A stretch of DNA of 63,117 nucleotides, filler included, from Anaerolineae bacterium (lineage in GTDB: Bacteria; Chloroflexota; Anaerolineae; Epilineales; Epilineaceae): the NCBI GenBank assembly GCA_029262755.1. It is 6 parts of 6 records of this genome, joined end to end, with 100 filler letters (N's around TTAATTAATTAA, not from the genome) between each part and the next. Parts side by side here need not be neighbours in the genome. Positions count along the whole stretch, not along the records: positions 33,500 to 46,722 come from JAJCYU010000279.1; positions 46,823 to 50,753 come from JAJCYU010000280.1; positions 50,854 to 63,117 come from JAJCYU010000282.1; 3 more parts are not named here. One strand, 5' to 3'. Made by a program: the position numbers and the translations under genes. Under the pieces are notes generated by a model. That model did not search any database. It was not told the DNA's origin and was given only the letters and a program-made list of their open reading frames with translations. Numbering within the stretch: position 1 is the first letter of the stretch; each line of letters starts with the position of its first letter. Shown here in pieces: positions 42,501-51,878 of the stretch.

Positions 42501-42800
42501 GTCACGCTTTGGGTCCGGCCGACCTCCGAGACGCTCAGCCACGGTATGGATCCCACGCCAACCGGCCGCGGAGTTGCCATTGTGCGCGTCGCGGCCGGGG
42601 AGCGGGGCGCGGAGGCACGGATGGACCCGGGGGCGGAGATACGGGTCCCGCGCGGTGCCGGCCCGCGGCTCCTCCTGCTCGCCGACGATCCGCACGACCA
42701 TCCGTGGGCGCAAACGCAAAGCATCGGGCACGCGCCGATCTACCTGCCATCGCTCGGTTTGTCGCTTCCTGGCGCCGTTGCGGATGGTGCGGATCGATAG
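39555..42800 (+). CDS. Secreted S8 subtilisin-like serine protease with PA domain
   Basis: AVIDTGID, GHGTHVAS, AAAGND, KPDIAAPG, SGSSMAAPH; PA domain (ALVSRGAC). Start may be at 39636. Confidence 0.9.
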   Translation: MRIAVPRAGARPECRRTAIRCSALWLRMGALALVIASGASSGAGELARGRAGLLPPTGPDAHVVVAAHVVVQGTAVAQALRERLGEAVQRPLDAADWRALADTNRAALNDLDAAAALRIDQVAKAAERLGLRVDARYRTVTLGLLVVGESGAVEALRSEALVLDVAPAPRVRPALEISAHEVGARRMQSLADLDGSGSVIAVIDTGIDYTHAELGGPGELGAWQAATNSVDAISETWGGLPLFPTERVIGGHDFAGFDYAAPIDCARIEPAECAPRPDPDPIEEPPERIVGATASGHGTHVASIAAGTRGVAPGARLVALKIFGAPLAGSDLVPSAMEWVARANLGLSVPNEPPASIDVLNLSLGELYPGPALRILDRFVDELVGLGVTVVAAAGNDGGRPFSILAPAASPRALAVGSVENGPLRVQVQTLQPSGMADIVGVEAAFSLPLADLGVWSAPLVAVESPCAPVASLDNSVALVSRGACTDSQMARRLQEAGASAVLVERASGRAQRIVGGDAGVNVPVLEIEGSAAQPWRDRMAQGSRVTIGFDPASSQGSRGPSDFAARGPAATGLLKPDIAAPGRRIQAARAGSGSGTRAISGSSMAAPHAAGVAAALRQQARIAGWALAPDDLAAQIQTTSRPPLHRAAADPAGGERTPVRVGAGLLAADRAAAARLVIRAGGLAALDFGSRAVAARDGETVTVSQTVLIRNPSDTPRRVYVEAVVDHDLNGAVRTGTVGEAHWVAARGSLSIPITLTLDGARLPVPDAIESPRLAPGMLAEREAFGRVFVRSIPGDDGRAVVEPEHSVPIFIRLRRAARISVAETGGSGANGAERTPTIRLINQGGAPGSVTVMARAAVAPQGWRVGARWNAPENSTAFLELVLASAHGRPTPWHHMPLLWIDVDGDRRADLHATLEEAFVKVAGEAYATHTTLSLHLRAWSAVRGPFGPAATVSVDVRPDAQWLRLRIPVAALGLDTPDDVTLWVRPTSETLSHGMDPTPTGRGVAIVRVAAGERGAEARMDPGAEIRVPRGAGPRLLLLADDPHDHPWAQTQSIGHAPIYLPSLGLSLPGAVADGADR

Positions 42801-42851
42801 GTTGACGGGTAGAGGCGAAGGCGTGTCCGGCCCGGTACCGGTGGTCTTGCG

Positions 42852-43244
42852 CTAGCGCAGCACGGCCAGCCAGTCCCAACCCAAGAGTCGGGCGATCGCT
42901 GCGTAGAGCAAGACGAACGTCACGACCAGGAGCAGGAAGAGATTGCGAAAACGCGTTGCGTCGGGCGCGTCGCGGAAACGTCCCGCCATATGGGTAAGCC
43001 CGAATGCAATCAGCATCGTCACGGCGTGTTCGGCGCGCTGGCCGCTGAATCCGCTCGCAAACAAGCCGAGGCCCGCGAGCAATTGCAAGCCGAACACCGC
43101 CTGAAAGATGCGCCATATCAAGGCATCGTGATCCCCAAAGGGACGAGCCGTCAGCCAGCCGTGAAGGTAGCGCAGCGCCGCGATGAGCATCACCGCGATC
43201 ACGAGCCAACGGAGACCACTATGCAGCATGAGCAGGAAGGCCAT
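42852..43244 (-). CDS. Small membrane protein (His-containing, cytochrome b-like family possible)
   Basis: GAGGAG RBS; LHSGLRW, QLLAGL, EHAVTMLIA..LTH; 4 TM segments. Confidence 0.7.
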   Translation of the reverse strand: MAFLLMLHSGLRWLVIAVMLIAALRYLHGWLTARPFGDHDALIWRIFQAVFGLQLLAGLGLFASGFSGQRAEHAVTMLIAFGLTHMAGRFRDAPDATRFRNLFLLLVVTFVLLYAAIARLLGWDWLAVLR

Positions 43245-43437
43245 GGATAGCTCCTCATGGAAAGATGGAGACGGGCGGATGGCGCGCAGCGAAGCAGCAG
43301 CCTGCATCTGCGCGTTCGCGCACGTGAGCGCGATGCGCACCCCCACTGCCTAGGATAGGCCCGCGCAAAGTCGCGTCAATTCCTTGACCCTCCTCGGGGC
43401 CGGTCCCAGAATGCGCGCTCGCCAAGGAGGCGCTGCC

Positions 43438-45264
43438 ATGCGCATGAGCACCCAATTCGGCCGCACGTTGCGCGAAACCCCTGCTGACGTCGAAGTGGCC
43501 GGTCACGGTCTGTTGCTGCGAGCCGGCTTTATCCGTCAGCACGCCGCGGGCATCTTCAGCCTCTTGCCGTTCGGATTTCGTTCGCAGCAACGATTGGAAT
43601 CCATCCTACGCGAAGAGATGGCGGCCATGGGGGGCCAGGCCTTGGAGATGCCGGTCGTGCACCCGGCGGATCTGTGGCGTCGCACGGGGCGCTACGACCA
43701 GGTGGGCCCCGAGATGGGTCGCTTCGAGGACCGTGCGGGGCGCGACATGGTCTTGGCGATGACGCACGAGGAGACGGTGGCGGAGCTGACGCGCAGTGAG
43801 GTGCAAAGCTGGCGCCAGTTGCCCCGCTTGATCTACCACATTCAGACGAAGTGGCGCGATGATGCGCGTCCGCGGGCTGGGCTGATTCGAGCGCGCGAGT
43901 TCACGATGCTCGACAGCTATAGCCTCGATGCCGATGACGAGGGCCTGGAACGCCAATATGAGGCGCATGACCGCGCCTACCGCCGCATCTTCGCCCGCTG
44001 CGGGCTGCCGGTCGTCGGCGTGGACGCCGATGTGGGCGGTATGGGTGGCTCCGCCTCCCGCGAGTACATGATGCTGACCCCGATCGGCGAGGACACCGTG
44101 TTGCAGTGCGATGCTTGCGGGCACGCCGCGAACCGCCAAGTGGCCACGACCAAGCGCCCGCCAATCGCCGAAGAGGCCGCCCTGCCGGTCGAGCGGGTAG
44201 AGACACCCGAATGCACCACGATTGCAGCCCTTGCGGCCTTCCTCGACATTCCGGCGGCGCGAACGGCAAAGGCGATCTTCCTCATGGCGGCGGTACCGGA
44301 TAGCGCGCCAAACACGCGCCCTTCCGAAGCGCAGCAAGCGAACGCAGATACGAAGCCCGATAACCACCAGTCGGAACGGCTTGTGTTGGCGCTCGTGCGC
44401 GGTGACCGCGAGCTCGCGGAGACCAAGCTCGCCGGCTGGCTCGGAGCAAGCGCGCTGCGGCCCGCGCGTGAAGACGAGATTCGGGCGTCTGGCTGCGTAC
44501 CGGGCTACGCGTCCCCCGTGGGCTGGAGCCCGCACGCCGATCGCTTGGTGATCGTCGATCCGTCGGTCGCGGAGGCGGCCAATTTGGTCGGCGGTGCGAA
44601 CGAGCAGGGCGTACACCTGCGCAATCTGAACTTCGGCCGTGACTACGACGGGACCGTCGTCGATCTCATCGCCGCACGGGAGGGCGATGGCTGCCCGGAT
44701 TGTGGTGAGCCGCTTGCCGCACGGCGCGGCGTGGAGGTCGGCAACATCTTCAAGCTCGGCACGCGCTACACCGAGGCAGTTGGTGCGCGCTTCCTCAATC
44801 GCGAGGGCGTTCCCCAACCGGTCATCATGGGCTCGTACGGAATCGGGGTCGGGCGTACGCTCCAATGCGTCGCCGAAGCGCACCACGATGAAGACGGTTT
44901 GATCTGGCCGATTAGCGTCGCCCCCTTTGACGTACACCTTGTCTCGATGCGAGGCGCAGAGGATATGGCTGCAGCCGTGTACGAGGCGTTGGAATCCGCC
45001 GGCATCGACGTCTTATGGGACGATCGAGACGAGCGCCCAGGGGTGAAGTTCGCCGATGCGGATTTGATCGGTGTACCGGTGCGCCTCACGGCCGGCAAAC
45101 GAGGCGCGAAGGCGGGCGGCGTGGAGCTCAAGCTCCGGGCCGAGCCCGAATCGCGCGACGGGCTCGTGCTGCTCGAGGATGCCGCACAGAGCATCCAGCG
45201 CATCCTCGACGAACTGTACACTGGACTAGAGCCCGTCGATCCGCCGAAACGAGCCGTCGGGTAG
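43438..45264 (+). CDS. proS: Proline--tRNA ligase (bacterial type with editing insertion)
   Basis: MRMSTQFGRTLRE, MTHEE, KWRDDARPRAGLIRAREF, EVGNIFKLG, MGSYGIGVGR, GVKFADADLIG. Confidence 0.97.
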   Translation: MRMSTQFGRTLRETPADVEVAGHGLLLRAGFIRQHAAGIFSLLPFGFRSQQRLESILREEMAAMGGQALEMPVVHPADLWRRTGRYDQVGPEMGRFEDRAGRDMVLAMTHEETVAELTRSEVQSWRQLPRLIYHIQTKWRDDARPRAGLIRAREFTMLDSYSLDADDEGLERQYEAHDRAYRRIFARCGLPVVGVDADVGGMGGSASREYMMLTPIGEDTVLQCDACGHAANRQVATTKRPPIAEEAALPVERVETPECTTIAALAAFLDIPAARTAKAIFLMAAVPDSAPNTRPSEAQQANADTKPDNHQSERLVLALVRGDRELAETKLAGWLGASALRPAREDEIRASGCVPGYASPVGWSPHADRLVIVDPSVAEAANLVGGANEQGVHLRNLNFGRDYDGTVVDLIAAREGDGCPDCGEPLAARRGVEVGNIFKLGTRYTEAVGARFLNREGVPQPVIMGSYGIGVGRTLQCVAEAHHDEDGLIWPISVAPFDVHLVSMRGAEDMAAAVYEALESAGIDVLWDDRDERPGVKFADADLIGVPVRLTAGKRGAKAGGVELKLRAEPESRDGLVLLEDAAQSIQRILDELYTGLEPVDPPKRAVG

Positions 45265-45289
45265 CGCGGGGCGCTTGACTCGAGCCCCC

Positions 45290-45472
45290 GTAGGCTGTGG
45301 TTCGTTCACGACGGGCATGCTGGTTGGCGCACCCTCGGCAGCCTTGCGAGGGGAGCCGGGCAGCCCCGCAAGCGTCTCCGTAGTACGGAGCACCTGGTAG
45401 GCACCGGCCTATCACTTGTCCTTGTCGACGCCCAAGTCTTGGTATGTTCTCAAACGGCTTCGGCCAGCCTGT
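45290..45472 (+). ncRNA. Structured intergenic RNA, possibly 6S RNA
   Basis: Ends pair (TAGGCTG / CAGCCTG); GACGGGC / GCCCAAGTC; internal hairpins; about 180 nt between convergent genes. Identity and strand are inferred. Confidence 0.45.
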
Positions 45473-45490
45473 ACCTATCGCCCCAAACGG

Positions 45491-46722
45491 CTACGGACCG
45501 CAGCGGCCGGCATCCGCCATGATCGTGCCGGCAAGCGCCCGGCCGGTGAGGCGTTCGCTGCCGACCGATGGTCGGTGAAGACGATCCGCGGCGCCGGTCA
45601 AGCGATAGAGGTGGCTGAGGTCGAGGTCCGGACTCTCGTCGAGCACCACGGCGTGGAGTATTCCGCCCTCGGCGCGCAGCCGATCGGCCTCACGCACCGT
45701 CTGTGGGCGCGAACCGCGGTTGGGATCGGCCACGACATCGGGCAGCCGGCCATGCACGAGCACCACATGCTCGCGCCTGCCGGCGGTCTCGAGGCCGTCC
45801 GACGGGCTACCGGTCGATTCCAGGAGCAGGGCGCGGGCCATTCGGACGCCGATCAAGCCCAAGTCGATGCGTGCACCGTCGCGCGGTCCACCGTGGAACG
45901 TGCTCATCGCAGGAAGGCGCCCTGCCTGCTCGTTCATACCGACCGCAAGCACGGCCGCCTGCCTGTCGAAGCGAACCAAGGATCGCAGCATGGCGCTCGG
46001 GTGATCCGGGTCGCGCAAACCACGCTCCAGCGCGTCCATGATCACCTCGATACGCGGCGCAAGGCTCAAACCGGACGCGGACGCATCGATCAGCATCGTG
46101 ACGTGCGCATCACACGACTCCGGTCGGGCGGGCTTGCGCGCCGGGCGTGTTGTGGCGGCCGGCACGTAGACGGCGGGCAGGTAGCGTACGAACGTCGCGG
46201 GTTGTTCCGGCGGCCGATCCGGCCGCGGCGGCGGCGGAACGGCCGGCGACGGGGGAGCGAAGGGCGCGGGAAGGTCGTACAGTCCGGCGGCCTCGCGTGC
46301 CAGGAGCAAACGCCCCTCCAACGCGATCAGGTCGCGGGCACCGCTTGCACCACCGACGAGACCGTCAGCCAACGGTGCGGAATCTTCGGGACGCGGACGT
46401 GGGAACGCCGGTGTAGCGACGTCCCAAACTTCGAGACCCTTGCGGCTCAGCACGACGAGGCGCTCGCCGATCGCCAAGGCGGCTCCCGCGGGGAAGCTGG
46501 GATGGCGCGCCACGACCGTCGGCCGCGGCGTCGCGTCGACGTCCACGACCGCGAGCCCACCTCGCTCGCCAAGGACGAAAGCATGACGGCCGTCGAAGGC
46601 CACGCGTTCATAGGGCGCGCTGAGGATCGTGGTTGCAACGAGCCGCGGCGAACGTGGCTCGCTTAGATCGAGCACGTGAAGCCAGGCGGCCTCGGTCGCG
46701 GTCTCGAGTACCAGGAGCCTGT
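45491..46722 (-). CDS. LVIVD-repeat protein with C-terminal VWA-like domain, 5' truncated
   Basis: LHVLDLSEP, GLAVVDVD, GLEVWDVATP repeats; Pro-rich linker; VRYLPAV; MLIDASASG (MIDAS-like DxSxS). Confidence 0.65.
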
Positions 46723-46822
46723 NNNNNNNNNNNNNNNNNNNNNNNNNNNNNNNNNNNNNNNNNNNNTTAATTAATTAANNNNNNNNNNNNNNNNNNNNNN
46801 NNNNNNNNNNNNNNNNNNNNNN
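46723..46822. other. Artificial contig linker
   Basis: N-run, TTAATTAATTAA, N-run. Confidence 0.99.
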
Positions 46823-47712
46823 GTTTCGTCCGATACGGCCCGCACGCGGTGCAGCAGCTCAGCGCGTTCCAGGTCGGGCATGGCCGCGCGGCGGGCGGCC
46901 GGGACGCGCGCCCCGAAGACGAGCAGCAGCTCGTCGCCGACCGTGGACCAGACCGTGTAGGGCCCCGTGTGCAGCGAGGGGATCAGACGGAGGCGGCGGA
47001 AGCGTGCGATCCGATCGGGGCGGAAGAGGCCGCCGAGGTCACGGCCGGTGACAACGCGGATGGCCTCGAAAGCCGTCTTGCCGTGGGTGTCCACGGTGCG
47101 CAGTGCATCGACGGCGCTCGCGATCAGCGGCGCGACACGTGCCCACTCCGCGGCCAGCTGCGCGCGCCAAAGGTGACCGAAGTGCTCCACGAGCGCCGCC
47201 TGCAGTGCGGCGGGATCGACGAGCAGCGTGTGCAGCTCGGCCAGCGCGGCGCGCTCGTCGGCGTTCACGCGCGCTTCGCCTGCGCGCGCGACGGACGCCG
47301 CGATCCACGCGGCAGGATCGCGCAGCGCGGTGGCCGCTGTGGGCATCGCAACGTCGTCGATGTCCCGCAGCAGCGCAAGGCGCGGCATCGCGAGGGCGTC
47401 GGCCAGCAGTCGGTCGCGCAAGGCGGGTGCGTCGGCGGCGCTGAGCGCGGCCAGATAGGCCGGGAACTCGGCGTCGGACGCGAAGGGAACGGCGTTCGCG
47501 AGGGCGTCCAAACCAAGCCCATACACGAACATACTGTTGCGCCGCAGACGCTCCTGGCCGAGCGCGACCGCCGCCTCGTGCAGCCACGGCGAGATGCCGG
47601 GGTTCTTGTCCGTCACGGATAGGCCGCTGATGCCGGCCAGCACGTTGTGCACGGGCGCCACGTCGAGCGTCGTGCTCACCGGACCCGGCGCGAGGATCGC
47701 GCGCGGCAGCAT
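46823..47712 (-). CDS. Probable ArsR-family regulator with long N-terminal domain; HTH cut off by contig end
   Basis: Start overlaps the MFS stop; LIPSLHTGPY..., ends at ELLHRVRAVSDE, resembling the start of an ArsR HTH. Confidence 0.6.
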
Positions 47713-49457
47713 CAGGCGCCGCCCGCGAGCGGCGGCGAGAGCGCCCACCATCCGGCCCACAGCGCGAGGAGGAGTCCGGCCGCGAGCAGCGCAACGCGCA
47801 GCCGCGACGGCGCGGGTTGGGGTTGGGGTTGGCGCGTGCGTTGATGGCGACGATCGACGCTTGCGGTAGCTGCGACGTTGACGGCCGTGCTTGCGACGTT
47901 CGCGGCCGAGTTTGCGACGACCACGGCCGTGCTTGCGACGCTCGTCGCCGAGCTCGCGACGACCACGGCCCCTGCGTCGCGACCTTGGCCGCTCCCCGAG
48001 AGCAGCGCATCTCCGCCGCCTGCCCCCGATGCGACTTGGACGCCGGTCCCTTCCCCTACCGCGTCCTCGTTCTCGTTCGCGTCCGCATCCTCGTCCCCTT
48101 CCCGCGCGAGCTCGTGGTCCGGGAGGTCGTGCTCCACGTTTCGGATCGCGGGCACGAGGTAGCCGGCCAAGGCGAAGACGGTGCTCAGCAGGCCCGACGC
48201 GACGAGGATCAGCGCGACGCCGGCGCCCGGTCCCGTACCGAGCACGGCGCCCAAAGTGGGCGCGAGCGCGCCGCCCGGCGCCATCGCGGGCTCGGCGACG
48301 CGGTCGGCGAGCGGGCCCGCGATGAGCATTGCCAGCGGCGCGGAGATCTGCGCGATGAGCCGCCGCGTCGCGAAGACGCGGCCTTGGACGTCGGGCTCGA
48401 CCTTCGCCTGCCAGATGGCCTGGCTGCTTCCGTTGAGCAAGGGCATGAAGAACACCATGCCAAAGGAGCCAATCATCCACCAGGCCACCGAATCTCCCAG
48501 CCCGATCAGAACGGGTCCAAGGAGGTTGCCCAACGCCATGCCCATCAACACGCCGTGGATGCGGCGCTTGGGCCCACCCCACGTTGCAAGCAGGAAGCCG
48601 CCGACCAGACCGCCGGCGCCGGCCGCGCTCTGCACCGCGCCCAGTACGAGCTCGTCGGAGCCGGTGCGAGCCAAGACCATCGGTGCGAGCAGCACGGTGG
48701 AGCCGGAGATCAGGAAGTTGGCCTGAAAGAAGACCACCAGCAGCCCGAGCAACCCGGGGCGCTGCCCGATGTACCGGAAGCCGTAGAGCACGTCGTCGCG
48801 CAGCGAGCCACGCGCGGCGCGGCCGGCCGCGGTCTCGATCGGAGGCGGGATGCGCACGAACGCCAGCAGGCCGACGGCCACGATGAAGGTCACGATGTCG
48901 ATGGTGAGCACCGCGTTCAGGCCGCCGAAGGCCAGCACCGCACCGGCCAAGGCAGGTGCGCCAATGGCGGACACAGAGCCGGCCATGCTCATCAGCCCGC
49001 TTGCTCGCGCGTAATGCCGCTTGGGAACCATGGTCGTAACGGCGGCCGAGAAGGCGGGGAATTGGAACGCATCGAAGGCTCCGCCCACGGCCCCCGCGAC
49101 GTAGAGGTGCCACACCTCAAGACTGCCCGCCGCGTGCAGCGCAAGCAGCGCGATCGTCGTGAGCCCGGACACCGTGTCCGCGGCCATGATGATCGCCTTG
49201 CGGTTCCACCGATCCACGAGCGCACCGGCCACTGGACTGAGCAACACGGAAGGTCCGAAGGCAAAGACGGCCACCAACGCCAACGTCGTGGCCGAGCCGG
49301 TCTCTTGGTAGGCCCAGATCGTGATCGCAAAGCGCGTCATCGCCGTCCCGACCAAAGACACAAGCTGCCCGGCCCATACGACGAGGAAGCCGCGTAGGCC
49401 GGTCACGGTGCGGGGCGCCGGGTTGTTCTCGGGTGTGTTTGGGTCGCGGGTGGTCAT
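47712..49457 (-). CDS. MFS transporter (DHA3/Mef-like) with low-complexity C-terminal extension
   Basis: VWAGQLVSLVG, AGALVDRWNRK, WQAKVEPDVQGRVF. Confidence 0.92.
   Translation of the reverse strand: MTTRDPNTPENNPAPRTVTGLRGFLVVWAGQLVSLVGTAMTRFAITIWAYQETGSATTLALVAVFAFGPSVLLSPVAGALVDRWNRKAIIMAADTVSGLTTIALLALHAAGSLEVWHLYVAGAVGGAFDAFQFPAFSAAVTTMVPKRHYARASGLMSMAGSVSAIGAPALAGAVLAFGGLNAVLTIDIVTFIVAVGLLAFVRIPPPIETAAGRAARGSLRDDVLYGFRYIGQRPGLLGLLVVFFQANFLISGSTVLLAPMVLARTGSDELVLGAVQSAAGAGGLVGGFLLATWGGPKRRIHGVLMGMALGNLLGPVLIGLGDSVAWWMIGSFGMVFFMPLLNGSSQAIWQAKVEPDVQGRVFATRRLIAQISAPLAMLIAGPLADRVAEPAMAPGGALAPTLGAVLGTGPGAGVALILVASGLLSTVFALAGYLVPAIRNVEHDLPDHELAREGDEDADANENEDAVGEGTGVQVASGAGGGDALLSGSGQGRDAGAVVVASSATSVASTAVVVANSAANVASTAVNVAATASVDRRHQRTRQPQPQPAPSRLRVALLAAGLLLALWAGWWALSPPLAGGA
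47881..47970. repeat. In-frame 42-bp tandem repeat, about 2.1 copies
   Basis: 47881-47922 and 47923-47964; encode VVVASSATSVASTA / VVVANSAANVASTA. Confidence 0.85.
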
Positions 49458-49665
49458 TCTGGAAGGCCTCTGCGTGTCCGCTGTCCGTTCGTAATTCCGT
49501 TTTCTCGCGATTGCGGGAAAAGCATAGGCGCCGAACGATTCGGTGTCAACGCAGGGTGGTCTCGTTTGCGCCTACCCCGGACTAGTGCGCGCTTCTCTCT
49601 TGGCGTGTTCTTCGACCCAGCACGCCGCCCCCGTTCCTCGCGACGCCCCTTGCTCCACTGCCCCC

Positions 49666-50753
49666 CTACGCCCCCCGCAGCCCGCGCAGTCGCTCCGCCG
49701 CGGCCTCGAGTGTGGGCATGCGCTTGCAGAACGCGAAGCGGGCAAGCGAGCGGCCTGCTTCGGGGTTGGCGTGGTAGAAGACGCTCGGGGGGATGCAGGC
49801 CACGCCGTGTTCGGCCGCCAGGAAGCGGGCGAAGGCGCGGTCGTCGCCGTCGTAGAGTGCGGAGAAGTCGGCCAGCGCGAAGTAGGTGCCGCGCGGGGCG
49901 GAGACGGCGAAGCCGGCTTCGCGTAGGGCGCTCACCAGGAAGTCGCGACGAGCCTGATAGTCGGCGCGCAGGGTCGTCAGGTATGCGCCGGCGTGGTGGC
50001 GCAGGGCGTGGGCGACGGCCAGCTGGAGGGCGGCCGGCGTGCAGAAGGTCAGGAATTGGTGAGCCGATTGCGCTGCGGAGACCAGATTTGCCGGGCCGTA
50101 GGCCCACCCGACCTTCCAGCCGGTGAACGACCAGGTCTTGCCTGCGGACGAGAGCGTGAGGGTGCGCTCGCGCATGCCGGGTAGGCCGGCGAAGGGCACG
50201 TAGCGGGCGTCGTCGTAGGTGAGGTGCTCGTAGACGGTATCGGCCAGGACGATGACGTCGTGTTCCGAGCACAAGCGGGCGATGATCGCGAGCTCGTCGG
50301 CGTCGAAGACCTTGCCCGTCGGGTTGTGTGGGTCGTTCAGGACGAGCAGCTTCGTGCGCGGGCCGAAGCAGGCCGCCAGCGCCGCCTCGTCGAGCGCGAA
50401 GTCCGGGAAGCGCAGGGTGCAGTAGCGTGCGGTGCCGCCCGCCATGGCCACGGCGGCAGGGTAGCTGTCGTAGAAGGGCTCGAAGAGCACGACTTCGTCG
50501 CCCGGGTTCACGAGGCCGAGGATGGCGGCGCTGATGCCCTCCGTTGCGCCGCAGGTGACCGTGACCTCGCGCAGGGGGTCGTAGGACAGACCGTAGTGTG
50601 CCTCGACGTGCGCGGCGACCGCGTGAACGAGGTCAGGGTGGCCCATCGAGCGGATGTACTGGTTGTTCCCCGGTGTGCGCAGCGCCGCGACGGCCGCGTC
50701 GATGATATCGGCCGGTCCCTCGAAGTCGGGGAAGCCCTGCCCCAGGTTGATCG
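49666..50753 (-). CDS. PLP-dependent class I aminotransferase (YbdL/DapC-like), 5' truncated
   Basis: INLGQGFPDF, TCGATEG, EPFYDSY, PHNPTGKV, DTVYEHL, SSAGKTWSFTGWKVGW. Confidence 0.93.
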
Positions 50754-50853
50754 NNNNNNNNNNNNNNNNNNNNNNNNNNNNNNNNNNNNNNNNNNNNTTA
50801 ATTAATTAANNNNNNNNNNNNNNNNNNNNNNNNNNNNNNNNNNNNNNNNNNNN
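50754..50853. other. Artificial contig linker
   Basis: N-run, TTAATTAATTAA, N-run. Confidence 0.99.
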
Positions 50854-50899
50854 TGATGGTCGCGCGGGGACCGCTGGAACTCACGGAGGCTCTATTTCG

Positions 50900-51241
50900 A
50901 TGACTATTGATCCGCAGACCCAGGACTCCGAATTCGAGGAACTGACAGCCGCACGCGACGGAGCGATCCTCCTGCTCGGGACGGTAGTAGATGCGGTCGG
51001 CCGCGCGGAGACCTTCGACCAGATGGCCGACTTGCTCGAGCATGTGCTGTCCGACGACCAGGACGGGCTCGCAATGGCGCGAGAGTTCCAGGCAATGCGC
51101 GATGCCGACGCGATCTCGAGGAAGCTCGTCGGGTACATCGACAAGTGCTCGATGTACGGGCCCGTCGATCAGCTGCAGGAGTTCCGCCGCAAGCTGGGGA
51201 AGATGCATGACGAGATCGACCAGCACAGGAAAGGAAGCTGA
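50900..51241 (+). CDS. Hypothetical phage protein
   Basis: GGAGG RBS; abuts the next gene. Confidence 0.65.
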   Translation: MTIDPQTQDSEFEELTAARDGAILLLGTVVDAVGRAETFDQMADLLEHVLSDDQDGLAMAREFQAMRDADAISRKLVGYIDKCSMYGPVDQLQEFRRKLGKMHDEIDQHRKGS

Positions 51242-51242
51242 A

Positions 51243-51878
51243 ATGAAGAAGACGAGTCATCAGCCCCACCTCACCCCAGCGGCCATCGGAGCGCTGGCCA
51301 CAGGCGACTTCGCCAATGCAGTAGTCGCCGCTACCCCTGGAGGTATCGAAGCCCAAGAGGCTGCGGGCCAGGTCGAGTTCCTAACCGGCGACACCCTACC
51401 GCAGGAAATCCTCAGACCGGAAACACGCTCGGATCTAGAACGATTCGGGATCGTCTTCGGCGACGAAGTTGACGATCTGTTTATTGAGGCAAAGCTTCCC
51501 GAGGGGTGGTCGAGAAAGGGGACCGACCATTCGATGTGGTCGGAGATTCGCGACGAAGAAGGACGATGCCGAATGTCCGTTTTCTACAAAGCGGCATTCT
51601 ACGACCGCAAGGCGCATGTATCGGTATCGCCTCGCTACATCGTCGCCCAGCTCCGATGGTCATCGGACGGCGAGGCGATACCCATGAGTGAGTACGACCG
51701 CTGGCGGGCAGCCAAGACCGGACGGTTCGTTGTGCGCGACGAGATGACAGCCGAGATCATCTACGAGGGCCCTGAGTTCACGGTCGATGAAGTGAATTAC
51801 CCCTCCAGTGAAGAGGCAGACCGCTGGATCGGGGCCCAGCGCCCCGGCAGCACCGTAGACCATTGGTTGCAGAAGTGA
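51243..51878 (+). CDS. Hypothetical phage protein
   Basis: AAGGAAG RBS; PGGIEAQEAAGQ...LPEGW...TDHSMWS...FYKAAFYDRKA. Confidence 0.75.
   Translation: MKKTSHQPHLTPAAIGALATGDFANAVVAATPGGIEAQEAAGQVEFLTGDTLPQEILRPETRSDLERFGIVFGDEVDDLFIEAKLPEGWSRKGTDHSMWSEIRDEEGRCRMSVFYKAAFYDRKAHVSVSPRYIVAQLRWSSDGEAIPMSEYDRWRAAKTGRFVVRDEMTAEIIYEGPEFTVDEVNYPSSEEADRWIGAQRPGSTVDHWLQK

Noticed and set aside
46771..49113. 780-aa ORF in the track
   Set aside because: The N-terminal part is an Arg-rich alternative frame of the MFS gene; the real gene most likely starts at 47712.
8668..50853. Five identical TTAATTAATTAA elements flanked by Ns
   Set aside because: Artificial contig linkers, not biological repeats.
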